Below, piece by piece: positions 54,390 to 64,000 of a stretch of DNA of 64,000 nucleotides (position 1 is its first letter; the number at the start of each line of letters is the position of its first letter). The notes beneath the pieces were generated by a model that saw only the letters and a program-made list of their open reading frames with translations, searched no databases and had not been told where the DNA came from. This stretch comes from Syntrophales bacterium (GTDB lineage Bacteria; Desulfobacterota; Syntrophia; Syntrophales; PHBD01): assembly GCA_963668175.1 (NCBI GenBank), contig OY764159.1:256001-320000 (forward strand), written 5' to 3'. The position numbers and the translations under genes are program-made.

Positions 54390-55079
54390 ATGGAATACGG
54401 AAAACGATTTTCAGCCGAACCTACCAAACATATATCGCTCCCTTTCCGAAAACGGAAGAGGGCGGCCCTCATTTGGACGGCGGTCATTCTCCTTCTCCTT
54501 ACGGGTTGCGTCGCCGGCGGAAAAGCTCCCATCGTGATCGACCAGTATATTCTAGAGTATCCGCCCCCCGCGCTTAAGGAAAGCGAACCGGTAGACCAGG
54601 TCGTGTCGGTGGGACGATTTGCCGTCGCCCAGGCCTTCAATACGCCCATGATGGTTTACCGCACGGGACCTTACGAATACTACACGGACTATTACAACCG
54701 CTGGCGGGTCAACCCGGGAGATATGGTGACGGACTATCTTCTGCGCGATCTGAAACGATCAGGCCTGTTTAAGGCCGTTTTCTCTTACAGGGATACAGAA
54801 GATGCGCGTTTTCTCATCCAGGGCAACATTGAAGATTTTCTCGGGAGCAGAGAGGGCGGCAGAAACGAAGCTATCCTGACCGTCTATATCACGATGCTCG
54901 ACACATCGCAAAAAGAGGCCACCAAGAGGGTCGTCTTCCAGAAACGGTATCGGCATGTCCGGATTCTCGATAACGATTCGGCCGTCGGTCTCGCCAAAGG
55001 CATGAGCGAGGCCATGGAAGCCATTTCGAAAGAAGCCTTGAAGGATATTGTCACCTTTGCACGTCAAGTCAAGCCGTAA
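54390..55079 (+). CDS. ABC-transport auxiliary lipoprotein (PqiC-like)
   Basis: Lipobox LLTGC, Y.L, RW...P; fourth gene of the MCE operon. Confidence 0.8.
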   Translation: MEYGKRFSAEPTKHISLPFRKRKRAALIWTAVILLLLTGCVAGGKAPIVIDQYILEYPPPALKESEPVDQVVSVGRFAVAQAFNTPMMVYRTGPYEYYTDYYNRWRVNPGDMVTDYLLRDLKRSGLFKAVFSYRDTEDARFLIQGNIEDFLGSREGGRNEAILTVYITMLDTSQKEATKRVVFQKRYRHVRILDNDSAVGLAKGMSEAMEAISKEALKDIVTFARQVKP

Positions 55080-55187
55080 AGACATTTCCCGAATCCCGAT
55101 CGTGATCATCGGGCACATCCCCAGGCTGCGACGGCAAAGGAAAAGAACGCACACCGATGGATTTACGGCACAGGTAATTTCTGCATC

Positions 55188-56327
55188 ATGACTTTTTTTC
55201 TCCTGGTATTTATTCTTCTATACGGCAGCCTCCATTATTACTTCTACGCCAAACTGACCCGGGCGATTTCCTTGACTCTGCCGAAGCGTCTCGGCCTCGC
55301 TCTAGTGCTTCTGGTCCTTCTATTTACGCCGATTATCGAACGATCGTTCGTCCGATTGGGCATCGAAACCCCGGCCCGGATTCTGTCATTTATCGGTTAT
55401 GTCTGGATGGGCGTTCTTTTCCTGTTCTTTGTCGCCGCCGTCATTTTCGACATCTATACGATCGCTGCACGCGTCGTCAGTTGCCTGTCCCGAAAAGATA
55501 TCGCCCGTATCGTACCCTCCCCGCGGCTTTCTTTTTTCGCACCCATGCTGCTGGCTGTTGTGATTGCCGGTTACGGGTACACCGAAGCGCAGGATATCAG
55601 AACCGAGTTTCTCACGATCAAAAGCAGCAAGATACCTGTTCACGCAGGCCGGATAAGGATCGTGCAAATTTCCGACGTCCACCTCGGGACCATCGTCAGA
55701 GAGGATCGTTTGCGTAGCATTCTCCATGCCGTGGCTGCAGCCAAACCCGATATCATCGTTTCGACGGGCGATTTGGTGGACGGACAGACCGACGGCCTGT
55801 CCCGATGCCGAATCCTTCTCAAAGACGTCGAAGCCAAATATGGTAAATACGCCATTACGGGCAATCACGAGTTCTACGCCGGCCTGGACTCATTCAACAG
55901 GCTTATGCAGGATACGGGGTTCAAGATCCTGAGAGGAGAAGGTACCGTCGCCGACGGAATGATCAATATCATAGGCATAGACGATCCGGCGGGCGAGCGC
56001 CAGGGGCTTTCCCGCCTGGTTCCGGAGAAGGAACTCCTTTCGCAATTTCCGTCCGGCCATTTTGCATTGCTCCTCAAGCACAAGCCTTTGGTGGACAAAG
56101 ACGCCGACGGGCGTTTCGATTTACAGCTTTCCGGCCACACGCACGGCGGGCAGATTTTTCCGTTCAGAGTTATTACAAGGATGGTCTTCCCCCTCAACCG
56201 GGGTTTATACCGCCTTGGCAGCGGCTCGCGTCTCTATGTCAGCAGGGGCACCGGAACCTGGGGCCCGCCGATCCGATTTCTAGCTCCGCCGGAGATTACC
56301 GTGATCGACCTGGTTCCGGATCACTAG
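55188..56327 (+). CDS. Membrane-anchored metallophosphoesterase (YkuE/YaeI-like)
   Basis: N-terminal TM helices; SDVH, TGDL, GNHE, SGHTHGGQ, GTWGPP.R. Confidence 0.9.
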   Translation: MTFFLLVFILLYGSLHYYFYAKLTRAISLTLPKRLGLALVLLVLLFTPIIERSFVRLGIETPARILSFIGYVWMGVLFLFFVAAVIFDIYTIAARVVSCLSRKDIARIVPSPRLSFFAPMLLAVVIAGYGYTEAQDIRTEFLTIKSSKIPVHAGRIRIVQISDVHLGTIVREDRLRSILHAVAAAKPDIIVSTGDLVDGQTDGLSRCRILLKDVEAKYGKYAITGNHEFYAGLDSFNRLMQDTGFKILRGEGTVADGMINIIGIDDPAGERQGLSRLVPEKELLSQFPSGHFALLLKHKPLVDKDADGRFDLQLSGHTHGGQIFPFRVITRMVFPLNRGLYRLGSGSRLYVSRGTGTWGPPIRFLAPPEITVIDLVPDH

Positions 56328-56387
56328 ATAAGAAGGCCGGGGAATGTGTGGGAATGACTCTTGGAGCCATCTTTCAGGGGAGGCTGC

Positions 56388-57395
56388 ATGAAGAAAACCA
56401 GACGGTTTTGCCAACATTGCGGAAGTATGATCGTAAGGAAAAGCGAGGAAGGAATCAGCCGCGACTTCTGCCAATCCTGCCGGGTCTACTTCTATGAAAA
56501 CCCTCTCCCGGTTGTTGCTGCGATTCTCGTCGAGGAACGCAATGTTCTCCTCGTCAAGCGGGGCAGGAAACCTTATCGTGGCAAATGGTGTCTTCCTTGC
56601 GGCTTCGCCGAAACAGGCGAGAACATTCACGACGCGACCCTGCGCGAGCTTGAGGAAGAAACGGGCATCCAGGGACGGATCAAGGGCCTGGTAGACGTGC
56701 AATCTCAACGGAACTATTTCTACGGCGATCTCCTCTTCCTAACGTTCGAAGTGGAACAGACCGGCGGCACACTTAAAGCCGGGAGCGATACCGTCGCTGC
56801 AAGTTATCGTTCTCTCGAGCATATACCTCGTCTAGCCTTTCCTGCCAATGAGCAGGCCATACAGACTTATATCCGCAGCAAGCAAGACTATTGGGCCATC
56901 GTCGACTCCTTCAATCTTACGATCGCCGACGGCGAAAGCCGCAACAGTAAGAAAGACTTTCTTTCGGACCAACTGGTGGCCGTCATCGCCGGAAACGCAG
57001 GCGATATTGCCCGCCTTTGGATCCAGGAAGCGACTACGCACCGGTCGACGACGGGTTATCACGATTTCGATCACTCCCGGCTGTACCGGGGTGTTCAGAA
57101 TATCCTTTCCCGATTCAACCAGTGGCTCGGGGGATATTTCGAAGATTCGGATATCGAAGATTTCTTCTCCAGGCTGGGAAAAGGCAGCAGGAAAGAAGGG
57201 TTTGCCTTGAGCGAGGTTTTAAGCGCCTTGAGTCTCGTCAAGAAACATCTCTGGGAGTTTGCCCTCTCGCGGGGGATGTGGCGGAATACGATCGATATTT
57301 ACAAAGCCCTGGAACTGGACCGGAGAATAGTCATCTTCTTCGACAAGGCCGCTTTCCATACGGCCAGGGGCTACGAGAAACATGATGTCCGGTGA
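56388..57395 (+). CDS. Zinc-ribbon NUDIX hydrolase with C-terminal helical (RsbRD-N/globin-like) domain
   Basis: FCQHCG/FCQSC; Nudix box GFAETGE.IHDATLRELEEETG; about 150 aa of extra C-terminal domain. Confidence 0.8.
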   Translation: MKKTRRFCQHCGSMIVRKSEEGISRDFCQSCRVYFYENPLPVVAAILVEERNVLLVKRGRKPYRGKWCLPCGFAETGENIHDATLRELEEETGIQGRIKGLVDVQSQRNYFYGDLLFLTFEVEQTGGTLKAGSDTVAASYRSLEHIPRLAFPANEQAIQTYIRSKQDYWAIVDSFNLTIADGESRNSKKDFLSDQLVAVIAGNAGDIARLWIQEATTHRSTTGYHDFDHSRLYRGVQNILSRFNQWLGGYFEDSDIEDFFSRLGKGSRKEGFALSEVLSALSLVKKHLWEFALSRGMWRNTIDIYKALELDRRIVIFFDKAAFHTARGYEKHDVR

Positions 57396-57476
57396 CCAAC
57401 ATGTGTCCGTTGTTCTCGTAAAACCGTCATAAGAAAAGGAGACGCCGGCGTCGGGCAGCCAAGGCCGGAAACAGTC

Positions 57477-58490
57477 TCAGACGACTTTTCGCTTTTTCGC
57501 CAGATAGAGTTCGGCGTCGGCTTTCTTGAGGAATTCCGGTGTATCGTCGATCTCGTCGCATGACGCCACTCCGTAGCTGAAGCGAACGGGAACATACGTA
57601 TCTTCGATCTGCAGGGGGTGGGTCTTGAAGTAATGCTTCAGCCTCTCCATGAAGACCCTGGCCTCTGTCGAGGATACGCCCGGAAGGATCAGGACGAATT
57701 CATCGCCGGCGAAACGGGCGATGATATCGCTTTCGCGGCTCAGATCCGTAAACGTCGAAGCCACGTAGACGAGAAGTTCGTCTCCCCGGTCATGGCCGAA
57801 CCGGTCATTGATCGGCTTGAAATCGTCCAGATCCACGAAAACAAGGGCCAGATCGCTCCCGTAACGTTTCGCCCGGGCCAGTTCCCATTTAAGAATCCGC
57901 TCCATCGCGCGCCTGTTGAGAAGGCCCGTGAGAGGATCTTTGAAAGCCAGCGTCTGCAATTCTTCGTGGGCGACAACATTGGAAAGGCAGATCGAGACGA
58001 CCACACCCAGTTGCGCAAGAAAGCTCGGATCGACGCCGGGATTGAACCGTTTCGATGAAGGATCGGCCTGATTGAAACTGCCGATGAGTTCGCCGTCCAG
58101 CGTAATCGGCGTAATGGCGATGGAATTGAAATCGAAAAACCTCTCCCCCGGCAACATGCAATAGACGCGCTCCAGGTTCTTGTTCAGGAGTACCGGTTTC
58201 GTACCGACGCCGACGATCTGGACCAATTCCTCCCGCGAAAGGCGGTTGATCGACTCCTTGCACGCCAGGCGGTGAACCAGGGTTGTGACGCGGCTGGGAT
58301 AAACCAGAGACAGCCAGACATAAGGCACGCCGAATTTCTCTTTGATCGTATTGAGAAGCTTGGTGAAGAAATCGTCAAAATTGAGTGTAGCCAGGACGCT
58401 CGTCTGGATTTCGAAAAACTTTTTGGCGAGTTCGTCGTTCTCTTTCAATCTGGTAACGAGTGTTTTATAATCTTTCAATTCATCGCGCAT
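57477..58490 (-). CDS. Sensor (DUF484/GAF-like) diguanylate cyclase
   Basis: DPLTGLLNRR, DLDDFK.IND.FGH..GD, RESD (RxxD), RFAGDEF, AD..LY.AK. Confidence 0.92.
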   Translation of the reverse strand: MRDELKDYKTLVTRLKENDELAKKFFEIQTSVLATLNFDDFFTKLLNTIKEKFGVPYVWLSLVYPSRVTTLVHRLACKESINRLSREELVQIVGVGTKPVLLNKNLERVYCMLPGERFFDFNSIAITPITLDGELIGSFNQADPSSKRFNPGVDPSFLAQLGVVVSICLSNVVAHEELQTLAFKDPLTGLLNRRAMERILKWELARAKRYGSDLALVFVDLDDFKPINDRFGHDRGDELLVYVASTFTDLSRESDIIARFAGDEFVLILPGVSSTEARVFMERLKHYFKTHPLQIEDTYVPVRFSYGVASCDEIDDTPEFLKKADAELYLAKKRKVV

Positions 58491-58628
58491 GTCGATCGCT
58501 TACAACCCAATATTTCATCCTGTATCAATGGTTTATAAAGAGATGGGGGCCTCTTGTCAAGCGAGAGCCTTGTGAAAGAGACAGACCATACGTTTTCGCA
58601 ACACGCTTTTCGCACCGCCAGGTGTCTT

Positions 58629-60197
58629 TCAGTCCTCTTTCGGGGGAGGCAACAGAAGCTGACTGTCCTTATCCCTGCTTTCTCCCACCCGTACGACCGC
58701 TACGGCCGGGCTGCCGATCACGGGACATTTGGTTTCACAAATACCGCAGCCGACGCACAAGTCGAGATCGATATGGGGCTGCTTGACGACGACGCGCTTC
58801 CCCTCCCTCGTGGACACCGTAACCGTCTCGAACCAGATGGCCTTCTTCCCCGTGGGACAGACCTCCTCGCAGACGATGCAGGGCGTGCCATGGGCATAGG
58901 GAAGGCAGCGGTTTTTGTCGATCATGGCCAGACCGATCTTGATCTTTTCCTTTTCGGGAATGGTCAGTCGCTTGATGGCTCCCGTAGGGCAAACCTGACC
59001 GCAGAGGGTGCAATGGTATTCGCAATAGCCGATTCTGGGGATCAGGATCGGCGTCCAGAGGCCTTCCAGGCCGGCCTCCAGGAATGCCGGCTGCAGGCCG
59101 TTGGTGATGCAGACCTTCATACATTCCCCGCATTTGACACACCTCCGGAGAAACTCCTTCTCCTGCTGTGCTCCCGGAGGCCTTATCAGGTGCGGTCCGG
59201 CAACGCCCGTTTTGGCCAGGGGCGTAATGTGCAGGAGCGGGACCGCCGCCACGCCAGAGGCCACCGATCCGATGAGGCGCCGTTTACCCAAGTCGACGGA
59301 AGCCGGGGACACCTTTTTCGCAAGCGAAAAGACGACGGCTTTCTTTGGGCATAAATCATCGCAATCCATGCATACCAGACATTCCGCCTTCTTCCACCGG
59401 GTCGGATCTCCGGGGAGCGCACCGCCCTGACAGGCCGCTTCGCAAAGGCCGCAATCGTTGCAGCCTTCGCTCACCGTTCTGTTCACGACGGCATAGCGCG
59501 AACATATGCCCAAGAGCGCCCCCAACGGGCACAAGTACTTGCACCAGAAGCGCCTTTCCCAAAAATTCAAGGCGAGGAGCGCGAAAAAGATGAGACCGGT
59601 GAAAACGCCCTGCAGGTAAAAAGGCTGCTCGAAGGGAAGGAATGCCCTTTTCATGAAACCGTAAAGCCAATCGGAGGCCCCGGATAACACGGGTATATTC
59701 CACCCGTAAAGGACATCAAATGTGTCCTTGATGCCGTAGCTTATAAGCGGATAGACGGACAACGACAGAGAGCGGATCAAGAGAGACAGAGGATCGACGA
59801 CTCCTGTCATGTGGAGAGTGAACAGGGAAGATACAACAAGAAAGATCAAGATAAGATATTTTAACCAATACCAGTTCCTGGGTGCGGCGTCTTTCCTGAT
59901 CCGCATTTTTTTCAATGAACCGACAATGTTGTGGAGTGTGCCGAAGGGGCACACCCACCCGCAGAAAAAGCGGCCGAAAATAACCGTTGCCAGCAGGACA
60001 AGGGCTGCCAGGAACGACAGGTTCTCGAAAGAACGCGTCCCCAAAATGGTTGTTATCGCAATCAGAGGGTCGGCGTCGAGGAAGATCTTGACAGGGTAGC
60101 CAAGTTCGTTTGCTCCCTTGGATTCGGTCTGGAGGAAAAGCCATAGGAAAACGAGGAGAAAAAGCGCCTGCGAGGCTATACGCGTTTTTCTTAACAT
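58629..60197 (-). CDS. Membrane polyferredoxin (NapH/MauN-like + NapG/MauM-like domains)
   Basis: GRFFCGWVCP, RFWCKYLCP, RPPGA, and multiple CxxCxxCxxxCP motifs. Confidence 0.9.
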   Translation of the reverse strand: MLRKTRIASQALFLLVFLWLFLQTESKGANELGYPVKIFLDADPLIAITTILGTRSFENLSFLAALVLLATVIFGRFFCGWVCPFGTLHNIVGSLKKMRIRKDAAPRNWYWLKYLILIFLVVSSLFTLHMTGVVDPLSLLIRSLSLSVYPLISYGIKDTFDVLYGWNIPVLSGASDWLYGFMKRAFLPFEQPFYLQGVFTGLIFFALLALNFWERRFWCKYLCPLGALLGICSRYAVVNRTVSEGCNDCGLCEAACQGGALPGDPTRWKKAECLVCMDCDDLCPKKAVVFSLAKKVSPASVDLGKRRLIGSVASGVAAVPLLHITPLAKTGVAGPHLIRPPGAQQEKEFLRRCVKCGECMKVCITNGLQPAFLEAGLEGLWTPILIPRIGYCEYHCTLCGQVCPTGAIKRLTIPEKEKIKIGLAMIDKNRCLPYAHGTPCIVCEEVCPTGKKAIWFETVTVSTREGKRVVVKQPHIDLDLCVGCGICETKCPVIGSPAVAVVRVGESRDKDSQLLLPPPKED

Positions 60198-60204
60198 GAG
60201 CCGC

Positions 60205-61113
60205 TTAGAGGTTGATTCGCTTGATTTTCATTTTGGATACGTTCATGTTGCCTAATCGCCTCTGCTGGCCGACCCTGACGCAACCGAGGGTCCCCTCCTT
60301 CATTCCGAAGAGGGTCGTTCCATAGGCGTCCACGGCTACCTGATCGCGGCCGGCGACTATCGTATCGAGACGTTTGACATCGGGAAGCCACCCGCCCTGG
60401 GGTCCGTTTGCCGTCAGAATCCGGACGGCATCCAGCACGACCAGTGCCGGCTTAAAAAAAACAGCCAGATCGACGAGGCATTCGTCGATATTCTGGTGGA
60501 GCCGGCCCCGTGAACCTCCGATAACGCCCATCCAGTTCTTCATGCCGAGCGTCAGCGTGGAAAGGCTGTGGTGCTTCGCAATAGGGACGTTGATCACCTT
60601 ATCGGCCTCAACGACTTCCGTATAAACGGGCCATGTTTTGAGAATCTGGCCGTTGACCTTCATCTCACGGTATTTGCGGTCATCCATGTAACCGACCTCG
60701 GCGCCGGCCTTGGCCGCCGCATCGGCAATGCCGCTTTGTTTATAGGTCCGGCGGGCATCATTGACGCTGTGATCGAATACTTTTACCTTCTTGGCCCCCG
60801 CTTCCAGGCACAGTCCGATCAGGGCGGCCACCACTTCAGGATTGGTCGTGGCCGCATACTCCGGAGTCCTGTCCCAGCCGATATTCGGTTTGATGACCAC
60901 GACATCGCCCCGGGAGATGAACTTACCGATTCCACCCAGGCCATCGATAGCGGCCCGGACAGTCCGGGTTGGGGCGGGCCCGCGAGCCACGGCAAGGTCC
61001 GAAGGATCGGCGGCATGCAGGATGCCGGCAAGAGGCGAAAGCCCGTCGGGAATCGATAAGGCCGCACCGGTTATCATAGCCGTTTTTAAAAATTCTCTGC
61101 GCTTCATCGTCAT
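60205..61113 (-). CDS. DUF362 protein with Tat signal
   Basis: KRREFLK twin-arginine signal; V.IKPN, TNP.VV, P..K.H, TL.MKN.MG, D.VAVD. Confidence 0.88.
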   Translation of the reverse strand: MTMKRREFLKTAMITGAALSIPDGLSPLAGILHAADPSDLAVARGPAPTRTVRAAIDGLGGIGKFISRGDVVVIKPNIGWDRTPEYAATTNPEVVAALIGLCLEAGAKKVKVFDHSVNDARRTYKQSGIADAAAKAGAEVGYMDDRKYREMKVNGQILKTWPVYTEVVEADKVINVPIAKHHSLSTLTLGMKNWMGVIGGSRGRLHQNIDECLVDLAVFFKPALVVLDAVRILTANGPQGGWLPDVKRLDTIVAGRDQVAVDAYGTTLFGMKEGTLGCVRVGQQRRLGNMNVSKMKIKRINL

Positions 61114-61133
61114 GATCCATCCTTACTTTTGTC

Positions 61134-61161
61134 ATTATAGCGGCCTTCTCTCCAATGTCAA
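61134..61161 (-). promoter_or_regulatory. Consensus sigma70 promoter for the DUF362-polyferredoxin operon
   Basis: Minus strand reads TTGACA-16 bp-TATAAT, 20 bp upstream of the start codon. Confidence 0.75.
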
Positions 61162-61455
61162 CGATATGTTCCGTCTACCCATACCCAAATGCTCCGATCC
61201 TGTCGGTCGTTCTATCGTGACATGGCATCGTTCGGTATAATTTTTCCAAGACGAAAACCGTCGTTTCACGAATTCGCCCTTTGCTCATATCTTTGCTAGA
61301 CATCCTTCATGGGCATAAAATATCCGCAACGTATCCGCAGCAGTCTGCACCGGAACACGTCGCCCGGAAGGAACGCTGTTGACAGCCCCCGGTTCCTGTA
61401 TTATATGCAGGTAGCGTCACCATATCAATGAGTTGCTTCGGGAAGGGGTTTACCC

Positions 61456-63144
61456 ATGACGATGATCCGGGGTTCGTTTCATCTGGGTGCCTATGAAGAT
61501 CCGGTCAACGAGGCGTTTGCGAAGCTTGCTGCCGAAAGGGTTGTAGACAGGATCTTCGGCCGGGATTATTCCGTCTGGAAACCTGATCGCTGCGAAATAG
61601 CCTATCGTCTCGGCTGGCTTCGCTGTCCGCAGACGACCCTGGATCAGAAAGACCGTATACAGGCTTTTGCCGACGACATTCGCCGGGAAGGTTTTACCCG
61701 AATCCTGCTTCTGGGCATGGGGGGCTCCAGCCTGGCACCGGAAGTGTTCCAAACCGTCTTCGGCAGACGTGACGGCTATCCGCTCCTTTCCATCCTTGAC
61801 AACACCGATCCTCAGGTCATCCATGACCATGAAGTAGCCGCCGGCAAGGAAAAGACGCTGTTTATCGTTTCGACCAAATCGGGGACTACAATAGAAACCT
61901 TGTCTCTGTTCAAACACTTTTACAGCCTTTCGGCAAAGTGTCCCGGACATAGCGGGGCGGGATCGCCATTTGTAGCCATTACCGATCCGGGAAGCGCCCT
62001 TGTGGAAATGGCCAGGCAATACGGATTCAGGGAGACCTTTCTCAACGATCCGGATATCGGCGGACGATACTCAGCACTTTCGCTCGTAGGGATGGTTCCG
62101 GCGGCCCTTGTGGGTATCGATATTCAGCCTCTCCTTGAACAGGCCGGAAAGGCAATAGAAGCGGAAAAATCGGCCGGAAAAGGATTCAGCGCTTCCCGGA
62201 TGGGCGTTGCCCTTTCAGTGCTTGCCAAGGGTGGCAGGGATAAGGCGACCTTCGTTTTTTCTCCGGGACTGTCCTGCTTCGGCGATTGGCTTGAGCAACT
62301 GATTGCCGAAAGCACTGGTAAAGAAGAGAAGGGGATTCTTCCGGTTACGGGTGAACCGCTTTCCGCTCCCGATAGTTATGGCCATGACCGCCTCTTCATC
62401 GCCATCCGTTGGCACGGCGACGAAACCTGCGAAAAGGAACTTTTAGCTCTTGAAGCGGCCGCTCATCCCGTTATCCGCATTACAGTCGACGAACCCTACG
62501 ACCTGGGCAGCCATTGTTTTTTCTGGGAACTGGCGACGGCCGTTGCGGGGCAGGGCCTGGACATCAACCCCTTCGATCAGCCCGACGTCGAAGCAGCCAA
62601 GGTCCAGACGAAGAGAATCCTAGCCGAATATGAGAAACGGGGATTGTGGCCTGACGAGAAATCATTCCTGACTGGCAGCTATGCTTCATTCTACGGGAAC
62701 ACGACCGCTAATGGCCCGGAAGAGACCCTCACAGCGTTTCTGGAACAAGGCGGTGCCGGCGATTACGTCGCACTGCTGGCCTTCCTGTCCCCGTCCGGCG
62801 CCGCAGATACAGCCTTGGAAGAGATGCGGAAACGGATACGGGACCGTTTTCATCTCGCCACGACTTGCGGGTACGGCCCCCGATATCTTCATTCAACAGG
62901 GCAACTTCATAAGGGAGATTCAGGCCGTGGACTCTTTATCCTGTTTACCGCCGACAGCGCCTCCGACATCCCCATTCCGGACACGGCGGATTCGCCCACG
63001 TCGTCCATCAGCTTTGACGTCCTGAAAAAGGCCCAGGCCCTGGGCGACCTGCAGGCGCTGAGGCAGGCGGGACGGCGTGTTCTTCGTATTCATCTCCACG
63101 GCGATGCGGCCCCGTCCCTTGCGTCGATTGTCCGCTCGCTTTAA
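61456..63144 (+). CDS. pgi: Glucose-6-phosphate isomerase (type seen in Tal-Pgi fusions, here stand-alone)
   Basis: GMGGSSL, STKSG.T.ET, ITDPGS, GGRYS, QLIAESTGK, PFDQPDVE, GPRYLHSTGQ. Confidence 0.88.
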   Translation: MTMIRGSFHLGAYEDPVNEAFAKLAAERVVDRIFGRDYSVWKPDRCEIAYRLGWLRCPQTTLDQKDRIQAFADDIRREGFTRILLLGMGGSSLAPEVFQTVFGRRDGYPLLSILDNTDPQVIHDHEVAAGKEKTLFIVSTKSGTTIETLSLFKHFYSLSAKCPGHSGAGSPFVAITDPGSALVEMARQYGFRETFLNDPDIGGRYSALSLVGMVPAALVGIDIQPLLEQAGKAIEAEKSAGKGFSASRMGVALSVLAKGGRDKATFVFSPGLSCFGDWLEQLIAESTGKEEKGILPVTGEPLSAPDSYGHDRLFIAIRWHGDETCEKELLALEAAAHPVIRITVDEPYDLGSHCFFWELATAVAGQGLDINPFDQPDVEAAKVQTKRILAEYEKRGLWPDEKSFLTGSYASFYGNTTANGPEETLTAFLEQGGAGDYVALLAFLSPSGAADTALEEMRKRIRDRFHLATTCGYGPRYLHSTGQLHKGDSGRGLFILFTADSASDIPIPDTADSPTSSISFDVLKKAQALGDLQALRQAGRRVLRIHLHGDAAPSLASIVRSL

Positions 63145-64000
63145 AAGGATTTTGCCCTCCATTCGTCAGGAACACCCCTCCGACCACCAGCACCGCCCCG
63201 ACCAGGATGGACCAATCCAGCGTTTCATTGAGGATAAGCCATCCCAGGAAGACGCCGCTTACGGGAACAAAATTGATGAAGACGGCCGCCCGGGAAGGTC
63301 CGACGGATTTGATGCCTTCATAGTACCAGATGAAGCCTAAAAATGTTCCGAAGAAACCCAGGAAGAACAGTCCTGCCCAGACCCGAATGGGAAGATGGAG
63401 GACTGCCGGCCAGAACCCCTCAAAACAGGCAGGAACGAAAAGTCCTATCGCGCCGACCACGCAAGCATACGTGACGGCGATAAGCGGCGACAATTCCGCT
63501 ATCACCGTCTTGCCTATCAGCGAATAGATGACCCAGCTTGCGACGCATCCCAGGATGTAAAGCTCGCCGATGCCCAGCCTTCCGGCAAATAAATCGGACG
63601 GACGGCCGTGGGAGATGACGACCAATGCACCGAGAAGACAGAGCATTATGCCCGTCGATCTGACCATTCCCAACTTCTCCTTAAACAGGAAAGCCGAGAA
63701 CAGGGCGATGAAGACCGGATTCATGGCAATAATCAGCGATGCCCGGCTGGCAGTAATCGTCTTCAGCCCCAAGAAGAAGAATATGTTATAAGCCATAACG
63801 CCGGTCAATCCTAGAAGAATGATGGGAATCGCGTAACGACTCCCTAAAGCGGGAATGCGGCCCTCTCTTTTTACGACCAGACCAACAAGAAAAAAGGATG
63901 CAACGAGGAATCTCAGGAAGGAGGCCGAGAGAGGCGGTACATGCTCGGTCACTATGCGGGCCGCGACGAAAGTGCCCCCCCAGAAGACAGCTGTTACGAA
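63008..64000 (-). CDS. DMT/EamA family transporter (5' end lies outside the window)
   Basis: FWGGTF.AAR, RFL.A, F.N.VP; frame is open up to the window edge and the 3' end overlaps pgi. Confidence 0.88.
   Translation of the reverse strand, partial: FVTAVFWGGTFVAARIVTEHVPPLSASFLRFLVASFFLVGLVVKREGRIPALGSRYAIPIILLGLTGVMAYNIFFFLGLKTITASRASLIIAMNPVFIALFSAFLFKEKLGMVRSTGIMLCLLGALVVISHGRPSDLFAGRLGIGELYILGCVASWVIYSLIGKTVIAELSPLIAVTYACVVGAIGLFVPACFEGFWPAVLHLPIRVWAGLFFLGFFGTFLGFIWYYEGIKSVGPSRAAVFINFVPVSGVFLGWLILNETLDWSILVGAVLVVGGVFLTNGGQNPFKASGQSTQGTGPHRRGDEYEEHAVPPASAPAGRPGPGPFSGRQS

Overview
A mostly housekeeping chromosomal segment from an anaerobic Deltaproteobacterium (Desulfobacterota). Gene content and style suggest Syntrophales, which is an inference. 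I recognised no rRNA, tRNA, CRISPR array, IS element or prophage. Core loci: DUF2065-queA-tgt-yajC-secD-secF-DUF456-lepB; pyrR-pyrB-pyrC-recO behind a PyrR-type attenuator; glyQ-glyS; aconitase-icd-rlmN; pyrG; smc-ftsY; ahbB-hemL; xth; a four-gene Mla/MCE-type ABC system; pgi. The best candidates for undescribed systems are: (1) a tight five-gene unit (16892-23993) joining a GAF-fused PilB/GspE ATPase to a CHASE2 Ser/Thr kinase, a PP2C phosphatase, a tandem-FHA protein and an OmpA/MotB lipoprotein, with no pilus or secretion structural genes in the window; (2) a ketopantoate-reductase-like domain fused to a beta-keto-acid cleavage enzyme (BKACE), beside an acyl-CoA thioesterase; (3) tandem NrdR-like boxes just upstream of the smc promoter; (4) an orphan MMPL-methyltransferase plus acyltransferase pair; (5) a stand-alone paralog of the sensor domain of a nearby AGDEF diguanylate cyclase. 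All calls come from motif recognition by eye; no searches were run.
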